A DNA stretch of 64,000 bases, taken from NCBI GenBank assembly GCA_964016885.1, contig OZ024754.1, forward strand, positions 24,366,001 to 24,430,000, in the 5' to 3' direction. Made by a program: the position numbers and the translations under genes. The notes beneath the pieces are model-generated. The model was not told the origin of the DNA, made no database searches, and saw nothing but the letters and a program-made list of their open reading frames with translations. The stretch comes from Eledone cirrhosa. Taxonomy: Eukaryota. Numbering within the stretch: position 1 is the first letter of the stretch; each line of letters starts with the position of its first letter. Positions 14,201 to 27,653 of this stretch are shown here, one piece after another.

Positions 14201-15749
14201 TGGGAAAGGGAGCGCTTACCATCAATCACCTCCTCTTCATGGACGATCTTAAGCTCTTCGGGAAAAGTGAGAAGGAGTTGGATGTGCTTGTTGACACTGT
14301 CCGTATTTTCAGCAGTGATATATGTATGCAGTTTGGTATTAGTAAATGTGGAGTCATTGTGATAAGGAGGGGTAGGTTGAGCAGAAGTAACGGGATCCAG
14401 ATACCAACAGGTGAGATGATAAAGGAAATTGACTCTGAGGAAGGATACAAGTATTTGGGCGTTCTGGAGGCTGATGGCATAAAGAACAAAAAAATGAAGG
14501 AATTGTTAAGAACTGAATACATTAGGAGAGTAAGGAGCGTATTGAAGTCACATCTGAACAGCAGAAATGCCATAAGCGCAGTAAATTCCCGAGCTGTGTC
14601 TATTATTAGGTACAGTGCGGGAATTCTGAGATGGAATGTTGCTGAACAAAAAGAAATGGATAGGAAGACTAGGAAGCTATTGACTATCTACAACATGTTC
14701 CACAAGAGGAGTGATGTCGATAGACTCTACCTAAGGAGATCTGAGGGTGGAAGAGGTCTTATCAGCATAGAGGACTGTGTTCAGATGGAGAAAAACAACC
14801 TATACAAATACGTGACCTATAGTAAGGAGTCAATGCTCAGAACTGTACTGAAGGAGGGGACAGTAGGCCAGGGGATGTCCAAGGAGGAAATAACATCAAG
14901 GAGGAAGAGCAGCCTTAAGGGAAAATCCCTTCATAGTACCTTCTTTGAGAAAACTGAATTTAGAGATCCACAGACATGGAACTGGTTGAGAAGAGGAGAC
15001 CTCAAAAAGGCTACAGAAGGAATGCTAATGGCTGCGCAGGAGCAGGCCCTCAAAACGAAGTGGTTGAAGCACCATATTTACAAGGAGGAGGCTAGCCCAC
15101 TGTGCAGGATCTGTGGAGAGAGAGAGGAGACTGTGGCTCACATTGTGTCCGAGTGTAAACACCTAGCCCAGACCCACTATAAGGGCTGGAGACACGATGT
15201 GATGGGCAGGGTGATCCACTAGCACCTGTGCAAAGTAAACAATTTACCACATTCTGAGAAATGGTATGAGCATAGGCCAGAGGCGGTGATGGAGAACAAT
15301 CAGGTGAAGGTGCTGTGGGATTTTAGGATACAGACGGACAAGAAACTGGAACACAATAGACCTGACCTGGTGGTTGTGGACAAAGAAAAAAGATCGTGTC
15401 TGATTGTGGATGTGGCCTGCCCTTTCGACACGAGAGTGCAAGAGAAGGAGAGGGAGAAAATTAACCGATACCAGGACCTAAAGTGGGAGGTGAAAAGGAT
15501 TTGGAACTGCCATGAAGTCAAAGTGATCCCGATTGTCATAGGCGCACTGGGGACTATCTCCAAAAGTTTCCAGGGATGGTTAAAGAAAATCGGCCCCTTC
15601 ACGCTTTTTGGAACGCTTCAAAAGCATGCTTGCTGGGAACAGCAAGAACCCTCCGATACGTCCTGAATATCTGAGGCTGCAGGTAGTGGCTTGATATTCA
15701 TTCCAACGGACTTTCCAGTTAACCAACATCAATGACTGAGATTCAAGGA
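11211..15749 (+). mobile_element. R4/Dong-clade RLE non-LTR retrotransposon, family D1, full-length copy A
   Basis: Bounded by (TAA)n on both sides. The 5' region is homologous to that of copy C. One disrupted RT-CCHC-RLE ORF. Confidence 0.9.
12282..15674 (+). pseudogene. Dong ORF: N-terminal domain, reverse transcriptase, zinc knuckle, restriction-like endonuclease (frameshifts ~13240 and ~15620, stop 15220)
   Basis: [49 protein letters not shown]...IVDVACP...EK. Confidence 0.92.
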
Positions 15750-15783
15750 ATAACAACAACAATAATAATAATAATAATAATAA

Positions 15784-16718
15784 TGAAAGAACTGCTACAG
15801 AAACTGGCTAAGAAATGGCAAGAAAAGCCTCTGTATGGAAAATACCCAGAGCGAGCTAACAATCCTGATGTTGACAAAACTTTAACCCATCAGTGGTTGG
15901 CATCCTCTGGACTGAAATCGGAGACTGAAGGACTGATTATATCGGCACAAGATCAGTGTCTGCCAACAAAAAATTACCAAGCCAACATAATAAAAAATGG
16001 GTGCAAGCCCATTATGCCGTGTATGCAAAAAACAACCAGAGACCATTGACCATATAATTTCAATGTGCAGTCCTATAGCTCCAACAGAATACCTAAACAG
16101 GCATGACAGAGCTGCACAATACATACATTGGATAATGTGTAAGCATTTTGACCTGCCCCATCAAAAGAATTGGTGGGAGCATCAACCACCTCCCATACTT
16201 GAAAAAGATCACATCTCAATCTTGTGGAACTTTAGCATCCAAACAGACCGAAAAATAGATGCAAACAGACCTGATATAATATTGAAAGACTTTCAAAAGA
16301 GGGTATGCCTGCTAATTGATATGTCTGTTCCAATAGACAAGAATGTATCTATAAAAACATTTGAAAAATTGAGCAAGTATAAGGACCTGGAGATAGAAAT
16401 TGGAAAAATGTGGAAATTGAGAACTAAAACAATACCAGTGGTTGTAGGTGCTCTGGGAATGATACCTAAGGGGTCTAATGATTACATATCGCAAATCCCA
16501 GGAAACCCGCGTATAGGAGAAATACAAAAGATAGTACTAATGGGAACTGCCCATATACTAAGGAAGATTCTGTCAATATAAGTACATCTAAACACTAAAG
16601 ATGCATGTGTGAATATGTATGTTCTTTCTTGAACATGGCGGACCTTGTTGTCTCTTGAGGTCACTGGTTGTGACTTGGTGATAACTCGTATGAACATAAA
16701 GCAAGATAAATGCAACTG
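15784..16718 (+). mobile_element. R4/Dong family D2, 5'-truncated (CCHC and RLE)
   Basis: CRVCKKQPETIDHIISMC, RHD, RPDIIL..LIDMSVP; between (TAA)n tracts. Confidence 0.9.
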
Positions 16719-16743
16719 TAATAATAATAATAATAATAATAAT

Positions 16744-17170
16744 GATTTCTTTATTAACCACAAGGGTTTACATAAAGTAGACATTAAGGACAGTGCAGGA
16801 CAATACAGTACGGTACAAATGGGCATTTCTGCGTGTAAAAAACAAAAACAGAGGATGTAACAAAAAAATAACAATGAAAAATTCCCCAGTAGGGGGGAGA
16901 CTTCGGAGGGACATTTGTGGAGAAAGCCCATTAAAAGGCCACAGTGACCCTGACCACCAGGGCAAGTGCCCTCTCCCAGTTTTCCACCTTTAATTTACAG
17001 ACACATACTCAGAGTAGGCCCATTCACTCGGGCCATTCTTGCTTCTTTCGGTGATGCCCTGATTGACTTTTTCAAATAAAATTTGAAAAAGTCAATCAGG
17101 GCATCACCGAAGAGGTAAGTGCTCGTCTTCAGCCCTTTCAAACGTGTCCACCATACTATCTCTTTCGCCA
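16744..17170 (-). mobile_element. Tx1-like 3' fragment
   Basis: Matches the 3' end of 17428-23256; (TAA)n on both sides. Confidence 0.9.
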
Positions 17171-17187
17171 TAATAATAATAATAATA

Positions 17188-17404
17188 ATTGTCATAGGCG
17201 CACTAGGTACTATCTGAAAGAGTTTCCAAGGATGGTTAAAGAAAGTTAGTCCAGCCCCTTTTTGGAACACTTCAAAAAGCATGCTTGCTGGGAACAGCAA
17301 GAACCCTCCGATACGTCCTGAATATCTGAGGCTGCAGGTAGCGGCTTGATATTCATTTCAACAAACTTTCCAGTTAAATAACATTAATGACTGAGACTCA
17401 AAGA
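17188..17404 (+). mobile_element. Dong D1 3'-end fragment
   Basis: Matches 15532-15749; (TAA)n on both sides. Confidence 0.9.
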
Positions 17405-17670
17405 ACAATAATAATAATAATAATAATGTTTTCTTTATTAACCACAAGGGTTTACATAAAGTAGACATTAAGGACAGTACAGGACAATACAGGACGGTAC
17501 AAATGGGCATTTCTGCGTGTAAAAAAACAGAGGATGTAATAAAATAACAAAGAAAAATTCCCCAATAGGTGGGAGACTTCCGAGGGACATTTGTGGAGAA
17601 AGCCCATTAAAAGACCGCAGTGACCCTGACCACCAGGGCAAGTGCCCTCTCCCAGTTTTCCACCTTTAAT

Positions 17671-20600
17671 TTACAGACACATACTCAGAGTAGGCCCATT
17701 CACTCGGGCCATACTTGCTTCTTTCACCCATCTTTCAACAAAATGCTGGGAAGAGAGCACTTCCCTCTCTACCCTGATTTTCCTTTTCAAATGAAATTTG
17801 AAAAGGTTAATCAGGGCATCACCGAAGAGGTAAGTGCTCGTCTTCAGCCCTTTCAAACGTGTCCACCATACTATCTCTTTCGCCATGGCCACCAGACAGA
17901 TAAAAAATGCCTGCCCTTCCCCGCTAAAGGAAGAGGGCGGGGCAATCCTCAGCTGATAGCTGGATCCGTCCTACACGTGACAGCAGGTGTTCGACATAAA
18001 CCCACAAGTCAGCAATGCTCGGCCACTGGACGAGTGCGTGCAGGATGGCACCTCCATGCCTGTAGAGTTTATCCCGAACTGGCAAAGCTCCCCGGTAGCA
18101 CTGCCAGGCCAGGGATTTCTGGAAGTTGTCCATAGGCCCCGGCCCGAAAGTCCGTCCGAAGAGATTGGCTAGCTGATTTTCGTCGACGCCTAGAGTTTCT
18201 CCAAGTACGTCGTCGATCTTCCCCTCCACTAATCCTCTATAGAACGCCAAGGTGGAGTTTCCACCGATCACATTGCCCGATTGGTCGAGGGCTGTGAGCG
18301 CCTGAAGACATTCCAGTCTCCAAGCGCTCCCTCTCGGTCTTCGCTTGACCCAGGACTGCAGCTCCGTCAAGGAGACGAGCTGGTGAAAGACGTGTCTAGC
18401 AAACGGCGACCACACCTGATCACCGTCGAGGAAGAGGTGGAGATGTCGTAGCCTAAGCGCGTGTCTGCGCATCATCAGCCACGGCATGCCCAGCCTTCCA
18501 GGTAGCGGGTGTTGACAGCAGATGGACCGCCTAACCATCGGAGCGCGTCCCTTCCACAAAAAGCGAAAGAGCAAACGCTCCAGCGCAGTCAGGCGAGGCT
18601 TAGGACAAAATACGACGGTCAGGCGGTAGCAGATGACAGACGCGATGTACGCGTTAGCCACCTCCGCTCGACCTTTCATGGATAGCTTCCTCTCGGCCCA
18701 TTTCTGGGTGAGAGAAGCCACCCTGCTCGTCACCTCGTCCCAGTTTTTCTCCGTCTGGAGGTCCGTATCGAACCAGACCCCTAGCAATTTAACCGGTCCG
18801 TCCGTCCAGCGCCCGACGACGCTGTTGGACGGCATGGACCTGCCTCTCCAGGTGCCGAGCTGCAAGCCCACTGACTTTTCCTAGTTGATCATTGCTCCTG
18901 TCACCGCTTCGTATTCTCTTAGTGTAGTGCCGATCGCCTCGATGTGTTTGGCGTTCGACACCACTACGGTGACATCGTCCGCATATGCTGACACGGATCT
19001 TCCGCATCCTAGTTCGCGCGGGACCCCCATCAACGTCTCCAGTTTGTGCAGTAATGGCTCGAGAGTCAATACGTACAAGAGGGACGAGAGGGGACATCCT
19101 TGGCGGACCGAGCGCATGATGTTGAACGGTTCCGAAAGGTGACCGTTCACTCTCACCACAGAGCAGATGTCGCTGTGCATGGCAGCGGTCCAGCCTCTGA
19201 AGGCGGGCCCAAAGCCAGCCGCCCTCAGGACTGCCGCTAGGTAACGATGGTCGACCCTATCGAAAGCTTTCGACTGATCTAAATTGATCAAGGACCCACC
19301 CGTGCCAGGTTCCCTAGCTACTCTCTCTACGATGTATCGCATGAGGTGGAGGTTGTCGTGGATGGATCTGTCGGGAATGGCGCATGTCTGCGCCTCTCCC
19401 ACCAGACCACCAACGACAAGCGCCAACCTCTTTGCTAGCACCTTGGCCAAAATCTTGAACTCTGTGTTTAGCAGAGTTATGGGCCTAAAATTATCTATGT
19501 TATCCCCCTTGTTCGGATCCTTTCTCAGCAGCGCCACCGCTCCTCGGCTCACAGAGCTGGGAATTCTCCCGTTCTGTTTCCAGTTGCAGTAGACGTCCGC
19601 CAAGAGGCCTCCGAACAAGTCTGGCATTTGTACGTAAAATTCATAGGGCAGACCATCCAAACCAGGCGATTTACCCCTTGTGCAGCCAGTCATTGCCTCC
19701 CGTACTTCAGCGGCTGTTATCGGCTTTTCGCAACACTCCGTCTCAGTGGCCGAGAGCCGCGGCAGTCCGTCGAGGTAGACACTAAAGTCCATCCCTCGAT
19801 CCGGCCCGCCGCTGCCCCCGAACAGTTGAGCGAAGTGTCGCTGAAAAGCTTCACACATTTGCCAGGGATCGAGTATCATGCGCCCGTCGTGGTCCACCAA
19901 AGACCGGATCGTGGCTTTGTTGCCACGACGCGCCTCCGCCACTCGGGCCCATTGAACGGCTTTCGTTTCCTCGTGTCTGAGAGCACGCACCCTAGCTCTG
20001 ACAACGCAGCCTTCGTGCTTTGCATTGAAGAATTGGTCAAGGGCCAATTTCGCCGCAAGTACGTCGGTCGCGATGCCTTTGCTAAGCGCCTCGTCTAATT
20101 TTCTAACTAATTCTCCCTCTGCTCTATTTTTCTCTATTGCTAAAGCCTTACTAAACCTAATGGACTCTATTCTAATTGCTCTTTTCAGAGCAAACCACCA
20201 CTTGTTGTTGACGATGGCCCCCGTCAACGCCCGCTTAACTAGTTCGCTAATCCGGTCTCTGTAGGCCTTGCGCGCTGGTAAGGACGCGTTTAGCTTCCAG
20301 TAGCCGGGTCCTATCTAAGTCAAGCACACAGATCACGAATTTGTGGTCCATGTAGCTGACTATCTTGAATTGTGGACAGCCTATGCTAGACCTATCTATT
20401 TCCCTACAAAATACTCTATCTAGATATGATCTGGATGACCCTATGCGATTTGTCCAAGTCCACATTGGTACATTCGGGAAATCCAATCGGTACCTGTCAG
20501 ACAGTTCAAAACGCCTGAGCAGGTTGGTGAGACTCTTGCACCCTCCTCCCCTATCCACTAATCCCACACAATCCCAGCGTGCATCTAAGATCCCGTTCCA

Positions 20601-21022
20601 GTCGCCCACTAACACTAAAGAGCGGGACGTTCCAAGAAAGGTCTCCAGACGCCGGAAGAAATCAGGCCGCCCTGCTCCTGTCGGGGCATAGACGGCCACT
20701 AGCCTGAAAGCTTGCCCGTCTCCGCTGGTCACGTCCAGCACCACCAACTTACCTTCTCGGTCCAGGAAGATGGCCCGTATGGCAAGATCCAAACCTCTCC
20801 GAAAAAGCACAGCAACTCCTCCCCCGATCCAGGACGGCTGGGAGATGCGTACACATCGCAGCCGCCGAAGATCGTTGCGAAGGTCCGTGCTTCGGAGATT
20901 CTGGTCTCGCTGATGGCCACTACATCTATGTTTAGTGACCTGAGGTCGTTGAGCAGGTGGCCCTGCTTCCATGACGACCCCAAGCCACGCGCATTTATGC
21001 TGCCTATTCTGAGTGAGGTCAT
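17671..21022 (-). pseudogene. Tx1 ORF2 (APE endonuclease, RT, Cys-rich C-terminus), disrupted
   Basis: MTSLRIGSINARGL, VVAISET, VYAP, LVGDWN, YLDR, DH; GKSPGLDG, FRPITLLN, KAFDRVDH, RQGCPLS, AYADD. Confidence 0.92.
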
Positions 21023-21056
21023 GTTGAAATGGAGTGGAAAAGATGGGAAAGACCAC

Positions 21057-23052
21057 TTACCTTACTTCTCGTAGAGGAAGGACGGTTTTTCCATCCTTTT
21101 CACTGCTTGTGGCCTCCTCAGGAAGGATGTCCTTATAAATCCTCTTGGAGAGTGCTTGTCGGAAGTTTCCGATGTCTTTGGGGAATTTTTGTTTTAGTGT
21201 CATGTACTTTTTCTGAGTGATGCGAGTGATTTGTATGTGTGGAGGTGGTGTGAATTTTTGGGTTGTTGTGTAGTCTTTTTCTGTGATGCTGGTATTGTGT
21301 TGGATGTAGTGTAATAATTGGTTGTTGTTCAAATTTAATGCTGTGTAGTGTGTATCGTTTTGGTTGTTTTGTTTGCGTTTGTTGTGGGTTTGTTTCTGTT
21401 TCGCATTTTAGTGACTTTTGTGGTGTAGGTGATGGTGGTGTTGGGGTTAATGATGGTGATGGTGTTGGTGTTTGGGGTGATGGGGTTGGTGATGCTGGTG
21501 TGGATGGTGGCATATCTGTCCTAACTTTTTTATTTGTTAATTTATTTGTTTCCCTCTGTATTTTGTTTTTGGAGGGGGAAGGAAGAGAATTTTTTCTTTT
21601 TTGGTTTCTTTTTTTCTTTTTTCCTGATACCGTTTCCCACTCCTCGTCGTCACAATCTGTCTCCAGTTGTGATAGGCCGGGGAGTGGAAAATCCTCCGCA
21701 GGCGTTAGTTTTGGTTGTGGCGTGGTGGATGGTGTAGGCGCTGGTGCTAGTTCTGAAGCGTTGGGTGGTGGTGGTGTTGGTTTTGCTGGTGGTGGTGGTA
21801 TTGGTTTTGCTACTGTTGCTGGGGTTGTTGCTGTTATAGTTGCTTCTGTTGTTGCTGCTACAGTTGTTGCTGCCATCTCTGCTACTGGTAGTGTTGATGG
21901 TTGAGTCACTGGTGTGGGTAGGAGAGGTGGCCTCAACCTTTTAGCCTGAGGGCAGAAAGCCCTTAGGTGGGTTCCTTCACCACAAACGACACACCTAGGC
22001 CTTCTGCCCTCGACAATTACAGTGAGGTGGCTGCCGTCAGTGAGGTCTATTACCTCTGGGATCTCCTCAATGCTTTTTTGGTCCGCTTGGATCAGGAGCG
22101 CCATCCCAGATCCGGACCAGTTCTCCTGCCTTTCTTTTGCTATTGCTATTATATTGGTGTTGGCTTCGATGCCGGCGCGGACGGCCGCTATTAGCCAGGG
22201 AATTTCGATGGCCGGTGGAACGTGGGTCACCCTGATCTTTACGAGTCTCTGGCCACAATAGCTTGGGACGAGTGTGAAGTCGTCACTTCTTAATGGGGCC
22301 ATGGAGTGTTCTCTAGCCTCCTCTGGTGTTTCAAAGAACACGTCCACGGTTCCATACTTCTGCCCACGTCTGATGTGGGTTTTTCTTGCCCACACATGTC
22401 CCAAAGCTTTTTGGATTTGGGACTCGGATGCCCGTTCCACTCGGCGCGATTTTACATTAATTGCTCGATACGACACGGTGCAAAGGCGCCGATGCTCCAT
22501 TTTATTAGGTGTGGGGGGAGGGGGGGGGGGCTGACCCTGTACCCATCTTTCTTTACCATTTCTTTGGCATTTTCTAATTCCTCCTGAGTTACCGTAAATG
22601 CTTCGCACTGTTTTGCTACTCTGGCAAAACTCAGGGTGGTTTTTTTAATGTCATTGTTGCTGTTGTTGTTATCGTTATTTTTGTTATTATTAATTTTAGT
22701 TTCAGTTGTGGTGGTGGTGACGTCAGTGGTGTTCGGTGTGGAAGAGTCCATTTTGGTTGAAAACATTTCGACATCACGAGTTGATTTATTTTTTTCCTTT
22801 TGTTTCTGTTGTCGCGGTGGTGGTGGGGGTGGTGGTTGTCGCGGTGGTGGTGGTGGTGGTGGCGGCTTTAACACCTGCAGTCATTGGTAATGGCGGGAAA
22901 TGATTGTCTGCCTGAGACAAATTTAAAATATTGCTAGTGCTTAAATTGTTTGTGTTGGCAAACGTAGTAATATTTACAAGGGTGGTGTCGGTGTGAGGTG
23001 TTATTTTGCGAGGAAGCCTCTCAGCTGCTTGGTGCAGAGGTGAATTAGCCAT
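21057..23052 (-). pseudogene. Tx1 ORF1 (gag-like, CX2CX4HX4C knuckle, Pro/Thr-rich), frameshifted at homopolymers
   Basis: RCVVCGEGTHLRAFC; lies upstream of ORF2; pieces 23052-22786, 22874-22452, 22608-21133 and 21332-21057. Confidence 0.8.
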
Positions 23053-23277
23053 TTTTTTTCAAAGAAATTTTTTGATAATCATAAAAGTTTAAATTTTGGG
23101 CACAAGGCCCCAATCTTTTTGGGTGTCCTTTTCGGAAAACAATGTATGTGCGCTTATAAACAGTTAATAATAAAATTTTCCATGGCAATTTTTAACAAAC
23201 GGAAATAACAAACCTTTGCGGAGCTCACGATGATACGATTTACTACGTAGGTCGCCAATAATAATAATAATAATAAT

Positions 23278-24261
23278 GATTTCATTTATTAGCCAGCAGG
23301 GCCGACATGTAGGGGACAATACAAAGACAGGGACAGTGGGGATTTACAATAAGGTGGAGTAAAAGTGCACAATGGCAAGACTAATTTAACAATGAAAATA
23401 TAAAAATATAAAATAAACTATGCATAAATATAACAAAATAAATTCCCCGATAGGGGGTGTACGACCCTGGGGTGCTTCAGGTACCCCACCAATCCTGAAC
23501 CACCCTGCGCTTCTAGGGCACCCAGGGAGAGCACCCCTCTCCTCAAGTTAGCTAGCCTATAGGCGCATGGTCAGAGTAGGGCCATTCACACGAGCCATTC
23601 TCGCCACATTCACCCACCTTTTAGCAAATGTACTGGGAGGCAGCACTTCTCTCTCCACCCTCACCTTCCTTTCCAGGTGAAACTTGAAGAAGTTGATGAG
23701 GGATTGGCCGAAGAGAAAAGTGTCTGTCTTTAGTCCTTTCAACCTGGTCCACCATATAATCTCTTTCGCAACTGCCACCAGACAGAGGAAAATTTCCTGC
23801 TCTTCCTGACCTAAGGAAGGCGGTGGATCGATCTTCACTATGGACTCGGCCGAGAGCCGGATTCGTTCCACACGCGACAGTAGCTGTTCGACATAACTCC
23901 ACAAGTCAGTAATGCACGGACATTGGACAAGTGCGTGCAGAATGGTTTCGTCGTTCTGTGCGCATCTAGGGCAGGTCCGTCTGACAGCACTCCCGTGCCT
24001 GTAGAGTTTATCCCGAACCGGCAGTGCCCCCGGTAGCACTGCCAAGCGAGGGATTTCTGGAAATTGTCCATCGTCCCCGGCTCAAAAGTCCTCCGGTACA
24101 GACTGGTCAGTTCGACTTCGTCGAGGCCCAAATCTTCTCCGAGTGTGTCATCGCACTTGCCCACCACTAATCCTCTATAGAACTCGAGAGTGGAAGTTCC
24201 ACTGATCGCATTGCCCGCTTGGTAGAGGGCAGTGAGTGCCTGGCAACATTCCAGGTGCCAG
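23278..24261 (-). mobile_element. Tx1-like second family, 5'-truncated
   Basis: CPRCAQNDETILHALVQC...KEIIWWTRLKGLKT; different 3' UTR; tail in (TAA)n. Confidence 0.88.
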
Positions 24262-24262
24262 A

Positions 24263-27200
24263 TAATAACAAGAACCAATTGGACGAAAGAATTGAATAGA
24301 ACTGAAGAGTAACCCCAAGGAAAAAGGCTATAGGAAACGGATGAATAACATCTGGAACGAGATTGATCTATTTAAATTAGATGAACAAAAAGATGGCCGG
24401 ACAGGCTCGGGTAATAAGAACTAATGGATGGATAAGCGAGTTGGAACTGGAGGAACTGAACAGAGAGATTAAGTTGGAAATGGAGAGTGGAGTATGTCAG
24501 GAAAACGAGCCAGTGGGAAATGAAGGTGAAGAGGTTGAGAGACCTGAGGAAGCATCCGAAGCAGACAATGATCTGAATGCTGAAATAATAACATCTGGAA
24601 CAAAGATACAGCCATTGAGGAAATGAATGCTGACGGGCTAGGACAAGATTTGGTTGATATCCTGAACTTAGTGGTAGATGAAATGAACAATGATAGTGGA
24701 AAACCTATGAACCTAAGATTTGTAGACAGGAAAAAAGTTAAAAGAAACAACAGCTAAGGTAAACAAAGTCATCCCATACCTTGAGGCGAGGAACCTTCAC
24801 CAATGAAACAATATCCTCAAAGCAACAGCAAATGCGGTGAGGAAATTACTTGGCATAAAAACGAGAGGAAACAACAAACAAGAAAGATCAGAGCCTTGGT
24901 GGAAGAAACGACTGAATGGTCAAATCAAGGAAATGAGAAAAGGCATTGGAAAGCTTGAGTCCCTACTGAATGGGACATTACAAAACATAGACACTAAAAA
25001 TAGATTGGAAATAAAGTACAAAACTAGGTGGGGGGGGAGCTAAATATTATCATAGAGGAACTGAAGCAACGCATTGTAGCAAAAAGTGCAAAGATTAGGT
25101 GGTATGAGAGCAGAGTCAGTCAGTATAGACAGAACCGCATGTTTGACAACAACCAGAAGATGTTGTTTGGACATCTTGAAGGGAAAGAAAGAGGCAATGA
25201 CTTGATCCCTGAGGCGGAACAGACTAAGACATTCTGGAGAGGAATATGAGAGCAGGATGTTGAACATAATAGTCAGACAGTGTGGATTGAGACAGTAAAA
25301 AAAGGAGTGTGAATAGGCACACCAACAAACTGATTTGAGTATCACAGTTGAAACTCTTAAAGAGCAGGCCAAAAAACTAACCAACTGGAAATCACCTGGC
25401 CCAGATTATGTGCAGGAGTATTGGATTAAAAATATAACATCCCTCCTCCCGAAATTGACAACCATGTTCAATGACTGCTTGATGTCGGGTGAGGTACCAG
25501 AGTAGTTGACAAAAGGTACCACAGTTCTGGTAATGAAAGACCGAATCAAGGGTAATGATGTTACCAACTATAGACCTATCACATGTCTGTCCGTAATGTG
25601 GAAACTGTTAACAAGCATTGTGTCTGAGTAAATCTACCATCACCTCCACATAAACAACTTGTTACCGGACGAACAGAAAGGATGCCGAAAGAAGTCCCGT
25701 GGTACAAAAGACCAGTTACTTATTGATAAGATGGTAATGAGGAATTGCAAGAGGAGACACACTGGTCTTGCCATGGGATGGATAGATTACAAAAAGGCAT
25801 TCGACATGGTATCTCATTCTTGGATAACCAAAAGCCTAGAGATCTTCAAGGTGGCAGATAACATCAGACAGTTGTTGACCAAAAGTATGAAGTCCTGGAA
25901 AACAGAGTTAACATCGGGTGGAGAATCCTTGGGAGGCGTGGAGATCAAGAGAGGTATCTTCCAAGGAGATAGATTGTCCCCTCTGCTGTTTATCCTTGCC
26001 CTGATACCCCTGACCATTATATTGCGAAAAGTGAGAGCAGGATACAAGTTTGGAAAAGGAGAGCTTACCATAAACCACCTCCTCGTCATGGACGATCTTA
26101 AACTCTTTGGGAAGAGTGAGAAGGAGTTGGATGTACTTGTTGTCACTGTCCGTATTTTCATCAATGATATATGTATGGAATTTGGTATTAATAAGTGTGG
26201 AGTCCTAGTGATGAAGAGGGGTAAATTGAGCAGAAGCAACGGAATCCAGGTACCAACAGGTGGGATGATAAAGGAAATTGACACTGAAGAAGGATACAAG
26301 TATTTAGGTGTTCTGGAGGCAGATGACATCAAGAACAAAAAAATGAAGGAATTGATAAGATCTGAGTACATTAGGAGAGTAAGGAGCGTATTAAAATCAC
26401 ATCTAAATAGTAGGAATGTCATAAGTGCAGTGAATTCCCGAGCTGTGTCTATTATTAGGTACAGTGCGGGAATTCTGAAATGGAATGTTGCTGAACAAAA
26501 AGAAATGGATAGGACGACTAGCTACTGACTATCTACAACATGTTCCACAAGAGGAGTGATGTCGATAGACTCTACTTAAAGAGATCTGAAGGTGGAAGAG
26601 GCCTTATCAGCATAGAGGACTGTGTTCAGATGGAGAAAAACAACCTGCACAAATACGTGACTGATAGTAGGAAGCCAATGCTCAAAATTGTACTGAAGGA
26701 GAAGACAATAAACCAGGGGATGTCCAAGGAGGAAATAACAACAAGGAGGAAGAGCAACTTTCATGAAAAATCCCTTCATAGTACCTTCTTTAAGAAAACT
26801 GAATTTAGAGATCCACAGACATGGAACTGTTTAAAAAGAGGAGACCTTAAAAAGGCTACAGAAGGAATGCTAATGGCTGCGCAAGAGCAGGCCCTCAGAA
26901 CGAAGTGGGTGAAACACCATATTTACAAGGAGGAGGCTAGCCCACTGTGTAGGATCTGTGGAGAGAGAGGAGACTGTGGCTCACATTGTATCCGAGTGTA
27001 AACACCTAGCCCAGGCTCACTATAAAAGCTGGAGACATGATTTGATATGCAGGGTGATCTACTGGCACCTATGCAAAGTAAACAATTTACCACATTCTGA
27101 GAAGTGGTATGAGCATAAGCCAAAGTCGGTGATAGAAAACGATCAGGTGAAGGTTCTATGGGATTTTAGGATACAGACGGACAAGATATTAGAACACAAT

Positions 27201-27592
27201 AGGCCTGACCTGGTGGTTTTGTACAAGGAAAAAAGATCGTGCCTGATTGTGGATGTGGCCTGCCCATTCGACACGAGAGTGCAAGAGAAGGAGAGGGAGA
27301 AAATTAACCGATAAGAGGACTTGAAGTGGGAGGTAAAAATGATTTGGAACTGCCATGAAGTCAAAGTAGTCCCGATTGTCATAGGCGCACTAGGTACTAT
27401 CTCAAAGAGTTTCCAGGGATCGTTAAAGAAAATTGGTCCCGCCCCGCTTTTTGGAACACTTCAAAAGGCATGCTTGCTGGGAACAGCAAGAACCCTCCGA
27501 TAGGTCCTGAATATCTGAGGCTGCAGGTAGTGGCTTGATATTCATTTCAACAAACTTTCCAGTTAAATAACATCAATGACTGAGACTCAAGG
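24263..27592 (+). mobile_element. Dong D1 copy B, 5'-truncated and more decayed
   Basis: Collinear with 12405-15749; many stops and frameshifts; ends in (TAA)n. Confidence 0.9.
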
Positions 27593-27605
27593 AATAATAA
27601 TAATG

Positions 27606-27652
<47 letters not shown>

Positions 27653-27653
<1 letters not shown>

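Larger units (their letters stand above)
17428..23256 (-). mobile_element. Tx1/L1-clade LINE, near full-length copy 1 (~5.8 kb)
   Basis: ORF1 with CCHC knuckle; ORF2 with APE, RT and Cys-rich end; AATAAA before the (ATT)n tail; (TAA)n at both ends. Confidence 0.9.

Noticed and set aside
12479-14573. Minus-strand ORFs recurring in all Dong copies, and plus-strand ORFs within Tx1
   Set aside because: They are antisense shadows of RT ORFs and recur only because the copies are similar.
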